Source: an uncultured Acidobacteriaceae bacterium (GTDB lineage: Bacteria; Acidobacteriota; Terriglobia; Terriglobales; Acidobacteriaceae). Taken from it: a DNA stretch of 64,000 nt. Below the pieces are notes generated by a model. That model did no database searches. It was not told where the DNA came from and was given only the letters and a program-made list of their open reading frames with translations. Numbering within the stretch: position 1 is the first letter of the stretch; the number at the start of each line of letters is the position of its first letter. The stretch spans positions 301,482 to 365,481 of the forward strand of contig CAVVUE010000005.1 of NCBI GenBank assembly GCA_963751285.1, in the 5' to 3' direction. Below, in pieces: positions 19,116 to 29,198 of this stretch. Both the position numbers and the translations under genes were made by a program.

Positions 19116-19481
19116 ACAGCAATAGCATGACCGTTCCCGTGATGCGGGTGGCCATTGCTCCTGAAGAATCCGATCGCTCTATCAGCTTTAAGGCCAAACA
19201 AACTGCTAGAAGAGACCATCAATCGTGAGCTGATTCCCCGAAAGTATACCTCGCAACTGTAGCGGTACAGCGCAGCGTCTAAGACGGACCAGCGGGCCGT
19301 TCCCCACGCGCTGCACCAGGATTGGAGCTTTATGAACTGGTCGCATGCGCTGGCCGGATTTGTACTGGCGTGTCTCCAGATCCGGATTCCGAACGACGAC
19401 TCGACGCCAGGAGTGAGCCCGACTGCGACTTAGAGCAACCATTTAGAGTAGCCCTTCTGGGGATTCCCCGTTAGAGTTTCG

Positions 19482-19790
19482 CTACTGTTTGCCGCTGCTC
19501 AGGTGTGCAGTTGTCGATCGGCGAGTGTCAGTTCCCTCTGAACGAAGCTTGTACATCTCAGCCGCTACCTGGCGCGCCGCTTCAATGGTCTCGGAATATG
19601 GTTGGTCGCAGATGTCCAGCAATCCGATCTGATAGTTCTGGCCATCGTTATAGTCGGTGTTGGCCATCGATTCGTCGTAGAGCTTGAACCAGTGCGCGCC
19701 CACGATCAGAGGATTTTCCAGGGCCGTTTCCATGTAATGCCTGTAGGCGTCTGCGCGTTGGTTCTGGCCGCCAAAACCTGCGCCGCCGTT
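19482..19790 (-). pseudogene. C-terminal fragment of a clan GH-A (agarase/GH50-like) glycoside hydrolase
   Basis: ...QNQRADAYRHYMETALENPLIVGAHWFKLYDESMANTDYNDGQNYQIGLLDICDQPYSETIEAARQVAAEMYKLR resembles the conserved C-terminal tail of the family to which 22902..24473 belongs. There is no N-terminal part upstream; the DUF1080 gene ends at 19867. Confidence 0.5.
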
Positions 19791-19800
19791 CCCAGAAGGA

Positions 19801-19864
19801 CGGCGGCATTTTTTGCGCGCGGTGGTTCGAGTTGTATCGCCGGGCGCGCCGAGAAATGCCGCCG
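19801..19864 (-). terminator. 64-nt imperfect palindrome immediately 3' of the DUF1080 gene (possible terminator or unit boundary)
   Basis: CGGCGGCATTT (19801-19811) pairs perfectly with AAATGCCGCCG (19854-19864). Inner GCGCGC arms also pair. No clear U-tract follows. Confidence 0.4.
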
Positions 19865-19866
19865 CA

Positions 19867-20517
19867 TCATGGCAGCTCGCGCAACTCCATATCTTTGAAG
19901 GTGACCTGGTAGCCCTCGGCTTCGAGGCCCACGTAGCCTTTGTCGACGCCAACCGTCGTGGTGTTAACGTTTTGGCCGTTCACCGCGAGCGTGCAGGTGT
20001 CTCCGCCGCAGCGAATGTCGTAGACATTCCACTGCCCGGCCGGCTTCACGCGATTCTCTATCATCTCTTTCTGCAGATTGAAGCGGGTCGGTTTGCCGTC
20101 GATCGGCGTAACGCCGAAGATGTAACCGCCGGCGAGCGAAGTCTGCGCCTGGTGCCAGATGGAGCCATCGAGATTATTGCGGAAAAAGACGCCCGAGTTG
20201 TACTTCGGGTCCGGGGTGCTAACGGGTGTGAACCGCCATTTCACGTGGAAGCTGAAATTGGCGACTTCGTGGTTGAAGCGCAGCCACTCGTGGCCGCCGT
20301 TGCCATCGCAGACGATCTGCTTCTTGGCGTAGTCGATATGCCATTGCGCAACATCGCTCACGGGGTGATCGGGCGGAATGGCGACGCGCGTCCAGACTTC
20401 GCGCTGCGGATCGTCGTGATTTTTGGGGAAGAGATCGACGGATTGGGCAGCCGCGGGCAGAGCGGCGAAGAGAAAAGCGAGTAGAGAAAAAGCAACTATG
20501 CGGGAAGACGTGTTCAT
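19867..20517 (-). CDS. DUF1080 (3-keto-disaccharide hydrolase-like, LamG fold) secreted protein
   Basis: Signal peptide MNTSSRIVAFSLLAFLFAALPAAAQS. Family-typical segments are WHIDYAKKQIVCDGNGGHEWLRF..NFSFHVKWRF, SGVFFRN, NVYDIRCGGDTCTLAVNG and GYVGLEAEGYQVTFKDMELREL. Confidence 0.8.
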   Translation of the reverse strand: MNTSSRIVAFSLLAFLFAALPAAAQSVDLFPKNHDDPQREVWTRVAIPPDHPVSDVAQWHIDYAKKQIVCDGNGGHEWLRFNHEVANFSFHVKWRFTPVSTPDPKYNSGVFFRNNLDGSIWHQAQTSLAGGYIFGVTPIDGKPTRFNLQKEMIENRVKPAGQWNVYDIRCGGDTCTLAVNGQNVNTTTVGVDKGYVGLEAEGYQVTFKDMELRELP

Positions 20518-20771
20518 TTTTGATTCCTTTTTTGATGGCTACGGAAGAAAATCCGCGTCGTAGCAATCGGGAGGAATTGTAACGTCGGACTTCGACCGAC
20601 TACTCCTTGCCGGTCTCCCGGCGCACTGCGAAAAAAGCTGGACACTACCAATTCAGCAAGCTCCTCTTGATACGTATCTTTAATTCAAATTTTCAAACCG
20701 GTTCAGCACGGCGTTGATTTTGTGTTGGCGCCGCCCTCATCTGCATCAAGCTCTACTGAGGCATATCTGGC

Positions 20772-21875
20772 TTAGCGTGCGGCCCCGGGGGCGAATAGCG
20801 ACGCTCCATAACGCAGTACTGGTTGCATCTCATCTGCAAGCACATCCGGCGCGTAAATTTCCAAATAATTGATATGCTGACCGGCAGGGTTCGACGCCAT
20901 CCCTTTATCGATTGATTTTCTCAAAGCGAGTGGAGGATTACCCGCGGCGCCCAGCCCTCCGCTGCAGATTTTGTTTTCGGCAGCGCAACGCATTTGCAGA
21001 CCAGTGGTAATACGTCCGCTATAACTCATCACAAAACCGGTGTCGAGGTGTTGAGTCTCTTGGCCTGCATGGAGATCGTCGTTCTCAAGCACAAACCGGG
21101 GTCCCAGTAGACGTATCGCTTGCTCGACGATTGTTTGCCGGGAGTTCGCTCCCTCACCGGGGTCCATCTTGCCCAGGTCGTTAATATTGAGAGCTACTCC
21201 CGTCGTCAGAGAGATGAACTGATTGGGAAAGCCGGTGGCATACACCTGGAAGACTTTCTGCCACGCCTGGATATATTTGCTGGACGTATACCCGTCCATT
21301 TGCCACTTCTTAGGATTCTTTGGCAACGTCATTTCTGCAGTAACCGATGTCGGTCCGTCAGCTGCGATCACCTTAAAGGCAGGAGACTTTCCGTACCGGT
21401 CGCTCAGTAGCTTCAGGAATCCGAACCAATGATTAAGGTACGCCGTATCCCATGGCATCGGCAGGCTCAGAACTTTGCCCTTGTCAGGTCCATATTGTGC
21501 CGGGAATTGATCGGTCCTCGCGCCTTCCAAGGCCCACGCGGGCGAAAAAAAGCCGGCGTAGACGCAGAGTTGTACCCATTTCTTTGACGATTCCGCAGCG
21601 GCGAACAGTTGATCCAGCTTCGACCAATCCGGTCTTCCCTCTACCGGCTCGATTTCGCTCCAATGGATCTGAAACGCGACGCCACTGATGAAGGGATTCT
21701 TGATGGCTTTGTCGTACAGTTGCTGGTCCTGTTGCGGCGAGTCACTTACATGCCTCACTACAACGAGTCCGCTCGGTGCAGAGTCATCGGTTGATGCGCG
21801 CAGCGGTAAATTCCATGGCAGAAAGCATGCGCTAAGAAGAATTGGAACTGTAAGCCAAGACCGTGAAATGCGCAT
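20772..21875 (-). CDS. Secreted glycoside-hydrolase-like TIM-barrel protein (family unassigned)
   Basis: ATG 21875 gives signal peptide MRISRSWLTVPILLSACFLPWNLPLRAS. ISGVAFQIHWSEIEPVEGRPDWSKLDQLFAAAESSKKWVQLCVYAG is typical of GH42/GH35-like barrels. The functional call is tentative. Confidence 0.45.
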   Translation of the reverse strand: MRISRSWLTVPILLSACFLPWNLPLRASTDDSAPSGLVVVRHVSDSPQQDQQLYDKAIKNPFISGVAFQIHWSEIEPVEGRPDWSKLDQLFAAAESSKKWVQLCVYAGFFSPAWALEGARTDQFPAQYGPDKGKVLSLPMPWDTAYLNHWFGFLKLLSDRYGKSPAFKVIAADGPTSVTAEMTLPKNPKKWQMDGYTSSKYIQAWQKVFQVYATGFPNQFISLTTGVALNINDLGKMDPGEGANSRQTIVEQAIRLLGPRFVLENDDLHAGQETQHLDTGFVMSYSGRITTGLQMRCAAENKICSGGLGAAGNPPLALRKSIDKGMASNPAGQHINYLEIYAPDVLADEMQPVLRYGASLFAPGAAR

Positions 21876-22023
21876 AAACTGGAATCTCCTTTTTCGGCCC
21901 TGGTTCGCACGAATTATATCGCTCTTCAGCAGTATGGCAAGGGCAAAGCTGCAATTCCGGTCAAAAACAGAGCGATTCCGTGCCGCCGTGGACTCGACCG
22001 CGTAATTGAGATTGTTTCTCGTC

Positions 22024-22901
22024 GATTTCTCAGACACTCTTTCCTCCTCCTTTCTCCTCAGCGATGCGAATTACCGGCCTCGCGATCCGTCCTTAGCTCG
22101 CCGGAAGCGGCAACGTCGCGATCCGTCGCATCATTGCTGCGAACCTCCCGCGTGTAAGGTGCCCTTCCGCCAGCATCAGCCAGTAGTACCGCGCGTGCTT
22201 CACCAACCGCCCTCCCGTCTTCACCAGCCTCTGCTGCAAGCTCGTCAAGGACCACGACTCGATCCCCTTCGGCAACGCCAGTCTCCGCCACAGGTTTCCC
22301 AGGTTGTAGGCGAGAATGCTGAGCCACAACCGCACCTCATTGCCGCGAAACCGGTGGCAACTCAGCCGCGTCATCTTTACCGCCTGCTTGCCTTCCTTGA
22401 TCCACTGCTCGGCCGTGCCGCGCTTGTTGTAGAAACGCACCACTGCTCGGCTCGGCAGCGTCAGATTGGTCACGATGAACCCAATGCGCGGGAACAACTC
22501 CCCGGCATGATGTTCGACCTTCGCCACCACTCGCCGTGCCTTCGTCCAACTGGCGGCCCTGTAGAGAAAGCCTTTGTGCCACACGATCGGTTTGTGACTG
22601 GGACGCCCCACCGGGCGCGGCAGCAGTTCCGCCACATCCCGTTCCAGGTTCTCATTGGCCGGCATGCGGATGGCGTACTTCACGCCCCGGCTTTCCAGCG
22701 CCTCATAGCACAGCGCCGAGGGTTGGGAAGGGCTTCTGCTGCCAGAGATTGAACGGCAACAGAATCGGGAACTGGTGGGCAAAGCAGAAGCAATCGATTC
22801 GCACTGCCGGACCGTGCTGGACATGGATTCGACAGAGATTCCGGTGTACGGAGAGCAGGAGCAGAGCGCCTACAACGGGCATTTTGAATCGACCTGCTAT
22901 C
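22024..22901. mobile_element. Scrambled IS1380-type remnant (three segments, mixed orientation)
   Basis: Up to 22707 is the reverse complement of the intact copy from 47658 onward. 22708-22764 is the forward copy of 47546-47602. 22762-22901 is the forward copy of 47342-47481 (1 mismatch seen). The last two junctions share the 3-nt overlap GAA. Confidence 0.8.
22093..22707 (-). pseudogene. IS1380-family transposase, C-terminal ~200 codons only
   Basis: ALESRGVKYAIRMPANENLERDVAELLPR..VGRPSHKPIVWHKGFLYRAASWTKARRVVAKVEHHAGELFPR is near-identical to 46944..48272. It is more divergent toward the C-terminus (…YYWLMLAEGHLTRGRFAAMMRRIATLPLPAS). Confidence 0.8.
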
Positions 22902-24473
22902 GAATGACCAGCGGTACTGGGTAAAGCTGACGACATCGGTGTATTTTGCGGCGATGCGCACGATGGCATACCGCTCGGGAGTCGAGTTCGGCCACTCATG
23001 GAAGTCGAGGCGGCTGCCAAGATACAGCTTGTTGGGAAGAAGTTCCTTGCCCAGCCTGCTCACGGCAGCGTAATAGCCTTCCCACCATTCCGGATCTTCC
23101 ACGTGAATCTCGTTATCAACGAAATAGCCGATGCACCACGGGTCGTTGTTCAATTGCGCAGCGACCTCCGTCATTTCCTGGCGCAGATCGGCCATGCGCT
23201 CTTCGACGTTTGGGTCTAATCCAACCGGACCCACAGGCCCGAAGTTCTTCGACGGCTGTGAGCGAAACAACCATGTGTACGGAACTTTACGAGTGTTGGG
23301 AAGTGCGCCTCCGCGCGTGCTGGTGAACGGGACCTTGTGGACGTTAACTGACGCTCCGCCTCGGAACGGCGTGACGGTGTTGTATCCCCAACTCGCAAGC
23401 CGTTGAGTCATCACCTTGTCCCACGCGGCGCGCCAGTCAGCGCCATATTTGATTTGGAGATTGCGCGCGATAAAATCGCCGCCAGGTGCGGGCTCGCCCG
23501 GAGCGGGCAATGCGTAGTAGCGCGCCGGGCATCGCGTCTGCGTGGGCTCAATCTCCGACTGCTCGTCTTCCACCACTCCGTTCGACCAGAAGAGATGCCC
23601 TTCCGGATCCACCAGCCACCATTTCCCTTGATACTTCTCGGTGCGGAAATGTCCTGTGGCCCGTAGTTTCGGCCCGTCGGCCCATCCTCCGTATTGGTCC
23701 CAGTCCTTAGGCCGCGGGTTCTGTTTCATATTTCCCGCCTCCTTGGCGACGGCTGCCGCCATCTCGGCATCGGAGTGAATCTTGTCCGGCCACTCCTTGT
23801 GCATCTGCTGACCATAGCGGTCGATTAAGGGAAAGAAATCTGCCCCCAGAGACTTTCTGTCAGGGGGTCTCGCCGCTCCGAAGGGCTGAATGTTGCGGAT
23901 GACGAGGCTTACCGGATGTCGCGGCGCAAGCACGAATATCCCCAGGTTCGTCACCATCGACGCATCCACCTCGCCCCCCGTGAAGAGGCGCATTTCGCCT
24001 CCGGGAATGCCCTGCATGCCCGCACACACCTTGAAGGCAGTCCACACATCTGGCGGCGTGATCTGCGACCGGAACATGTAGATGTACAACGTGCGCGTTG
24101 CCTCGGCCGGGACCAGGGCATATCCCTGTGTCCACTCGCTCATGTTGATCTGTCCATAGACGCGGAGAGCTTGCCTGCCCTCGTTTGTGATGTCGACCGC
24201 CAGCCCAAGCCGGTGCGAGAAGTTCTTTGTTGGGAACACAAAGAGGGCTTTCGGTCTTCCGGAGAATGCGGCAAATGTTACGTGAAAGGCATTTCCGACA
24301 GCGTCAACGTTGGCGTGGAGCCCGGCTGCCTCAATAAAAGAAGCATCGATCACAGGGCCTAGCGGCGCCACATCTGCATCCGTCGCAGTCACCTGACCAA
24401 AAGCCAGGCAAACCGAAACCAAACCAACAGAGAGTCCGAAGGAATGTACCAGAAGCATGCGCAGATTCGCCAT
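22902..24473 (-). pseudogene. Secreted clan GH-A (agarase/GH50-like) glycoside hydrolase, 3'-truncated by the IS1380 remnant
   Basis: ATG 24473 with AGGAAAGG RBS. Signal peptide MANLRMLLVHSFGLSVGLVSVCLAFGQ. KYQGKWWLVDPEGHLFWSNG, and the acid/base-type motif WCIGYFVDNEIH. The protein sequence stops making sense after ...VVSFTQYRWSF at the junction with IS-derived DNA (22901/22902). Confidence 0.6.
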
Positions 24474-24558
24474 GGTGTGCCTTTCCTGGTTGATGCCGCT
24501 TTGATGGAAGTATCCCCGCGTCAATCCTGAATTATCCCAGGCTCAGGCGCACCAGCCG

Positions 24559-27500
24559 TCAGAAGTCATGAAATCGATTCATCTCCAGCTGTGCCTCCCG
24601 GGCGCCAAAGTGATCGGGACTTGCCTGCAATGCGCTCTCGAACTCCTGCCGCGCGTCGGCAGCCTCATTCAGTCCCAGCTCGCCGAGCCCGATGAGATAG
24701 TGCGCATCGGCCACCATGCTGCGATCTCCCGCCGAGCTCATTACTCCCGTCTGTAACTTCGGGCAATGCTCGCCGCTCAGTGTTTTTGTACCTGCATCGA
24801 TGAGCTGCCTGAACATCGCGCTTGCGCGATCGGCCTGGCCGAGCGTTTTGAGAGCCATCGCCTGGTAATAGATGGCGGCCTGGGCTACATACGTTCCCGA
24901 GGCCAGCCCGCCGAGCAATCCCGTATGCCCGCCGAACTGGCCAATCGCGGTGTCGGTGTGTTCGGCCCAGCCCGTCGACCGGGTGACCGTCGCGCGCGAT
25001 GCCTCCTCGAACGCTCGCTGCGCCCGGTCTTTCTCTCCCAGCGCTTCGTAGGCCGTTCCGATCCTGTACTTAATCTCCGCTTCGCGTGTCTTCGTGTCCA
25101 CGGAGGCGTCTTCAAGATTGGCCGGCAAATCCAGCGCCGCCTTGTAGGAGTCGAGTGCCTCTTTGTACTGGCGGCGCGCGAACTGCTGCTCACCTTTCAA
25201 GAGATTGGCGTTGATCCACGAGTCTCCGAGGATGAAGCGCCCGCCGCCCTCCCAGGCGCGGAAAAAGCGTGTCCGCATCAATTGCATTGCGGCGTCGGCC
25301 TGCCCGGCGAAGAGCTCGAGGTTGATTTCGCGCGAGATCACATCGTCGCGATTGATGACCGGCTGGTGAGCCTGCATTAAGGCTAGCCGCTTTTCCGGCG
25401 CCACGCCGTTTTCCTCATACAACTTGTCGAGCTCGTTGAAGACCATGGCATTGCCACCGAACTTCGCCGCCGTCTCCAGGGCCGCCAGTTCTTTATCGCG
25501 TTGGTTGCCCTGCCTGCGATAAAACATCGCCAGGTTGCGATACACGACGGGGAAGTCCGCGCCCATCGAGGCCGACACTTGCCAGAGCGCCGCAGCACGG
25601 TCCGGCTGCCAGTCATACAACAGATCGCCCAGGTAGTAGGGGGCGTGCGTATCGGCTGGGTTGGCCTGCATTGCGGCTTCTAGCACTTGGATCATCTCCA
25701 CCTGGAATGGAAACACGTAATCGACAGGTAACTGCGCGGCTTTCCTGAAATATTCCGTCGCTTTCCCCGACTGGTTAAGTTTCTGTTCGAAATAACCCGA
25801 GTAGTAATAGGCCAGCGGCGATACCTTGGATTGATCCGGAGCGCGATCGATCAGCAGGTTGAGCACCGCGGCCCCATCTTCCCACAAGCCTGCATTCAGG
25901 AAGTCTGCGGCGGCTTCGAGACCGGTCGTGCGGTATGTAATCATCGAAGACGCCAGAGCCTCTGCGTCGTCCGGCTTCCCTGTTGCGAGCCACCGCTCGG
26001 CCATCCCGTGGACATCCAGCGGATCGATTGCTTCCAGAGCGGTCACGGTCGTAAGCGCCTGATCGTCGTGCCCGGAGTGGCGCAGAATCGCGGCCCGCAG
26101 CGCCAACGCGCGGATATTCTGCATATTCGTCTCGAGTGACGAATCGATGGCGTCGAGTGCAGCTCTGTTGTCGCCGCGCAGGCTCGCGACCTCTGCCATT
26201 TCGAAATACCCGGGACTGCGCCATGCCGCGGTCCATGTGGATTTCGCAAAGGCGCTGTAAGCCTCCTCGAGTTTTCCCCGGGCCTTGAGCGCCAGCCCAA
26301 GGTAATAGAACGGCTCGCCGTCCTTGGGCGTCGTGTAATTCTTCGTCGCGCGCTCCAGTGCCTTGCGCAAAAACGCCTCCGCATCCGTAAAGCGTCCAGC
26401 CCGCAAGCAGTCGATGCCCATGGCGGTGTTCGCGCGAACATCGCCCCGATCGCGCCGAAGCGCCTCCTGCCAGTAGCCTTGCGGATTTGCCGTCGCGGAG
26501 TGGAACTGCTCCGCACGCAGGCCAGTGAGATAGAGACTCATCGTTGGTAGCGATCTGCGATGGCGGTGGATACGGATCGACGATTGCCTCGGGCATTGGT
26601 TCCTTTTCTACTCGCACCGGCGTGTAGGCAATCAACTCTCGCCCATCGACCACGAGCGACGCCCGCAGATCGTGCTCATCGGTCCCACCGGGAAGCGCAA
26701 TTTCCTTCACCCACGGCTGCGCTGGATCGATCGCAATCGTCTCCTGCTCTAGCACCTCGCTCTCCAACTTCAAAGTTACTTCCGCAGCCGGATGCGCCGT
26801 CGTGGTATAGAAGCCGAGGTGAGCTTTTCCATCCTTAACTTCCAGATTTACTGCCGCATCCAGGTTGGCATTCTTTGCCCCGCCGATATCGCGGAACGGA
26901 TACCAGTACTGCGTCCATGCGCGCGTCTCATATGGCGCTAGCCAGCTATAGTCGGGCTGGTTGTCGGAGTACGCACCCGACATCAGTTCCATGTACGGAC
27001 CATCGGAGTCGGTTAGCAGCGTATCCTCCTCCTTGCCCACTACACCGGTTCCCCAGGTGAAGAACTTCTTGCCGGGAACAATATTCGGATCGGCAATGCT
27101 CATTGTGCCGGCCTCTTTACCGTGATCGTATCCGCCAAGAAAGGCGTCCTTTTCGTTCCACGCGAACATCGACGTTCCAGTGACATGATTCTTGTACCAG
27201 CTCACGTCCACGCCCGAGCCGAAGTCCGATCCTGCAAAGCGTCCCGTCGCCACTGGCCAAGTCGTAAATACAATCTTGCGGTGATAGGTCACGTACTGCG
27301 TGCCGGGCGGAAAAATTACCTGATAGTCTCCGTTGACCGGGACCGCGACGTTCGACCAGGCCAGCATCGACGTAGGCAGCGACGTGCGGTTGACCATGCG
27401 AAATGAGGTTTCAATGTACGATTTGCCCGGATGCAGGGTGATACCTACTGCCCAGCGCATCCCGTCGCGCAGCTCCAACTCGCCTACCCATACGGTCTTC

Positions 27501-27979
27501 GCGCCATCGGCGCCTTCGTCCACCTTGTACTGTACAGGGAAAAACGAAGTCGCCCGATGGTGATGCGGAATGTCCCATTCCACGCCGCCAGAGATCCAGG
27601 CACCCAGGACGCTGATCAGCGCCGGCTTGATGACATGCTGGTGATAGACGAACTCGTAGCCGTTGGTCTTGTCCACCGCCTCGAAGATTTTGCCGCCCAG
27701 TTCAGGGACAATGCCGATCTTTATGTACTCGTTTTCGAGATAGACCATGGTGTAGGTCTTGTCCGCCTTCTCCGCGGTCAGGCTGTCGTACAGCGGGTAG
27801 GGGTAGATACGTTGCTGCGCGCCTTGCGACACTGTACTGCTGCCGAAATAGAACTGCGGATTCGGATCGGGCGGTCCGATGAGATAGGTCGGAATCGCCA
27901 CCGTCTCCTGCCACACCTTTACCTGCCCTTGTGCCTGTGCTGCAGCAAGCAGCAAGATCGCAGTTGCCACTGGAATCAT
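24559..27979 (-). pseudogene. DUF5107-domain protein with C-terminal TPR region, one frameshift
   Basis: The N-terminal part (ORF 25775..28066, signal MIPVATAILLLAAAQAQG) has DUF5107-like segments (YLENEYIKIGIVPELGGKIFEAVDKTNGYEFVY, ISGGVEWDIPHHHR). The TPR part is in ORF 24559..26541. The frames meet at ...IATNDE / LYLTGLRAEQF (about 26525-26540); one extra nucleotide separates them. Confidence 0.7.
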
Positions 27980-28428
27980 CGCTGTTACCGCACGCAGCCG
28001 GGCGCGCCTCGCGCAAATACAATCAGCAACCACCGTTGGAGGTACCGAAAAAAGATGTTGGGACATTGCAGTCTCCTTCTGGGGCGAACACAGACTGAAA
28101 ACGATTACATTGATGGCGGCCTAGAACCCCTGCTTGCCTGAATGCGTCACCCACTCACCGCATCGGAAGATTTTGTTGCCAGATAGCTGACCACACACTC
28201 TGGCCCGTGTCAAGCCGCTCGTGGATAGGGAGATAGGGGCCTCTGAAAGTGCACCCTCTCCCTTTGCGCAAAATTCAACGCCCAAAGAAGAAATGATCGG
28301 TTTGCTCAACGAGCGATAGTCGCAGGCGTAAACCCAACTCGTTCATTGAAATGAACTCGATGGATTCCACACAAAACAACCTCTTTGCCAGGGCCGGACA
28401 CTCCGGACGCCGGTTTCAAATTTCACGA

Positions 28429-28887
28429 TCAATCCGGTGTGACCTTTCGTCTCTTCCCCTCCAGATTCTTTAGGCTTTCTTCCGCGACGATCCTAAATAG
28501 CCGAGCTTTTTCGTATGGGTCCATCCTTCTCTTACGTTCTTCGCGAATTGCTTGAATTTGGCCGAACTTGTAGAGCACATACCCGAAGGAGCCAACGGAG
28601 AAAGCTACAAGACCAATAACAAGTAGCGCGAGGTCATCGCCTGATCGGATGAAATGGCCTCCTCTCGCGTGATATGGGCTGTCAGTTATGCCCCAAAAGA
28701 CCCACCCGGTTACGCTAATCGCGCTGAGAACCAAGAGAAGCGTTGAGATTACTGCAGGTCCGCCTGCATCGTCTCTGAGCAAATCCAAATCAGAACACGT
28801 GTAGGAGCGCCAATATTTCTTGTTCACCCAAGGGATCAAGTACGCAAAATTCAGACTGCAAACAACGAGTAGCGCCAAGGAGTACAT
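28429..28887 (-). CDS. Hypothetical small membrane protein (about 3 TM segments) in an AT-richer pocket
   Basis: MYSLALLVVCSLNFAYLIPW..., AVISTLLLVLSAISVTGWVFWGI and LALLVIGLVAFSVGSFGYVLY, followed by a basic tail. No family recognised. Confidence 0.5.
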   Translation of the reverse strand: MYSLALLVVCSLNFAYLIPWVNKKYWRSYTCSDLDLLRDDAGGPAVISTLLLVLSAISVTGWVFWGITDSPYHARGGHFIRSGDDLALLVIGLVAFSVGSFGYVLYKFGQIQAIREERKRRMDPYEKARLFRIVAEESLKNLEGKRRKVTPD

Positions 28888-29198
28888 GAACTGAATCCTA
28901 GAAAGATTTTGTGCTTCGGAATGATACGCCGTCGCGCATAACCATCAGATTTGACGGGCGACGCGCGATACGTCTGATAGCCTATGCGAAACGGCTAAAT
29001 CAGCGGACGGACTTGCCGTCGAAGAAAACCTTGCGTTTCGTCGGATGGTCAAAGATAAGGAGTCTAACGGCTCAATCCAGCGAGTTCTGCCAGAGTAGCC
29101 CAATGCCTTGGGCGAGGTACCCGTCAAGCAGCTCGTCCCACTTTTCCTGATCGGAACAGAGTGGAGGAGCTCCGCTCCTTTGCGGCTCTCCGCACGCG

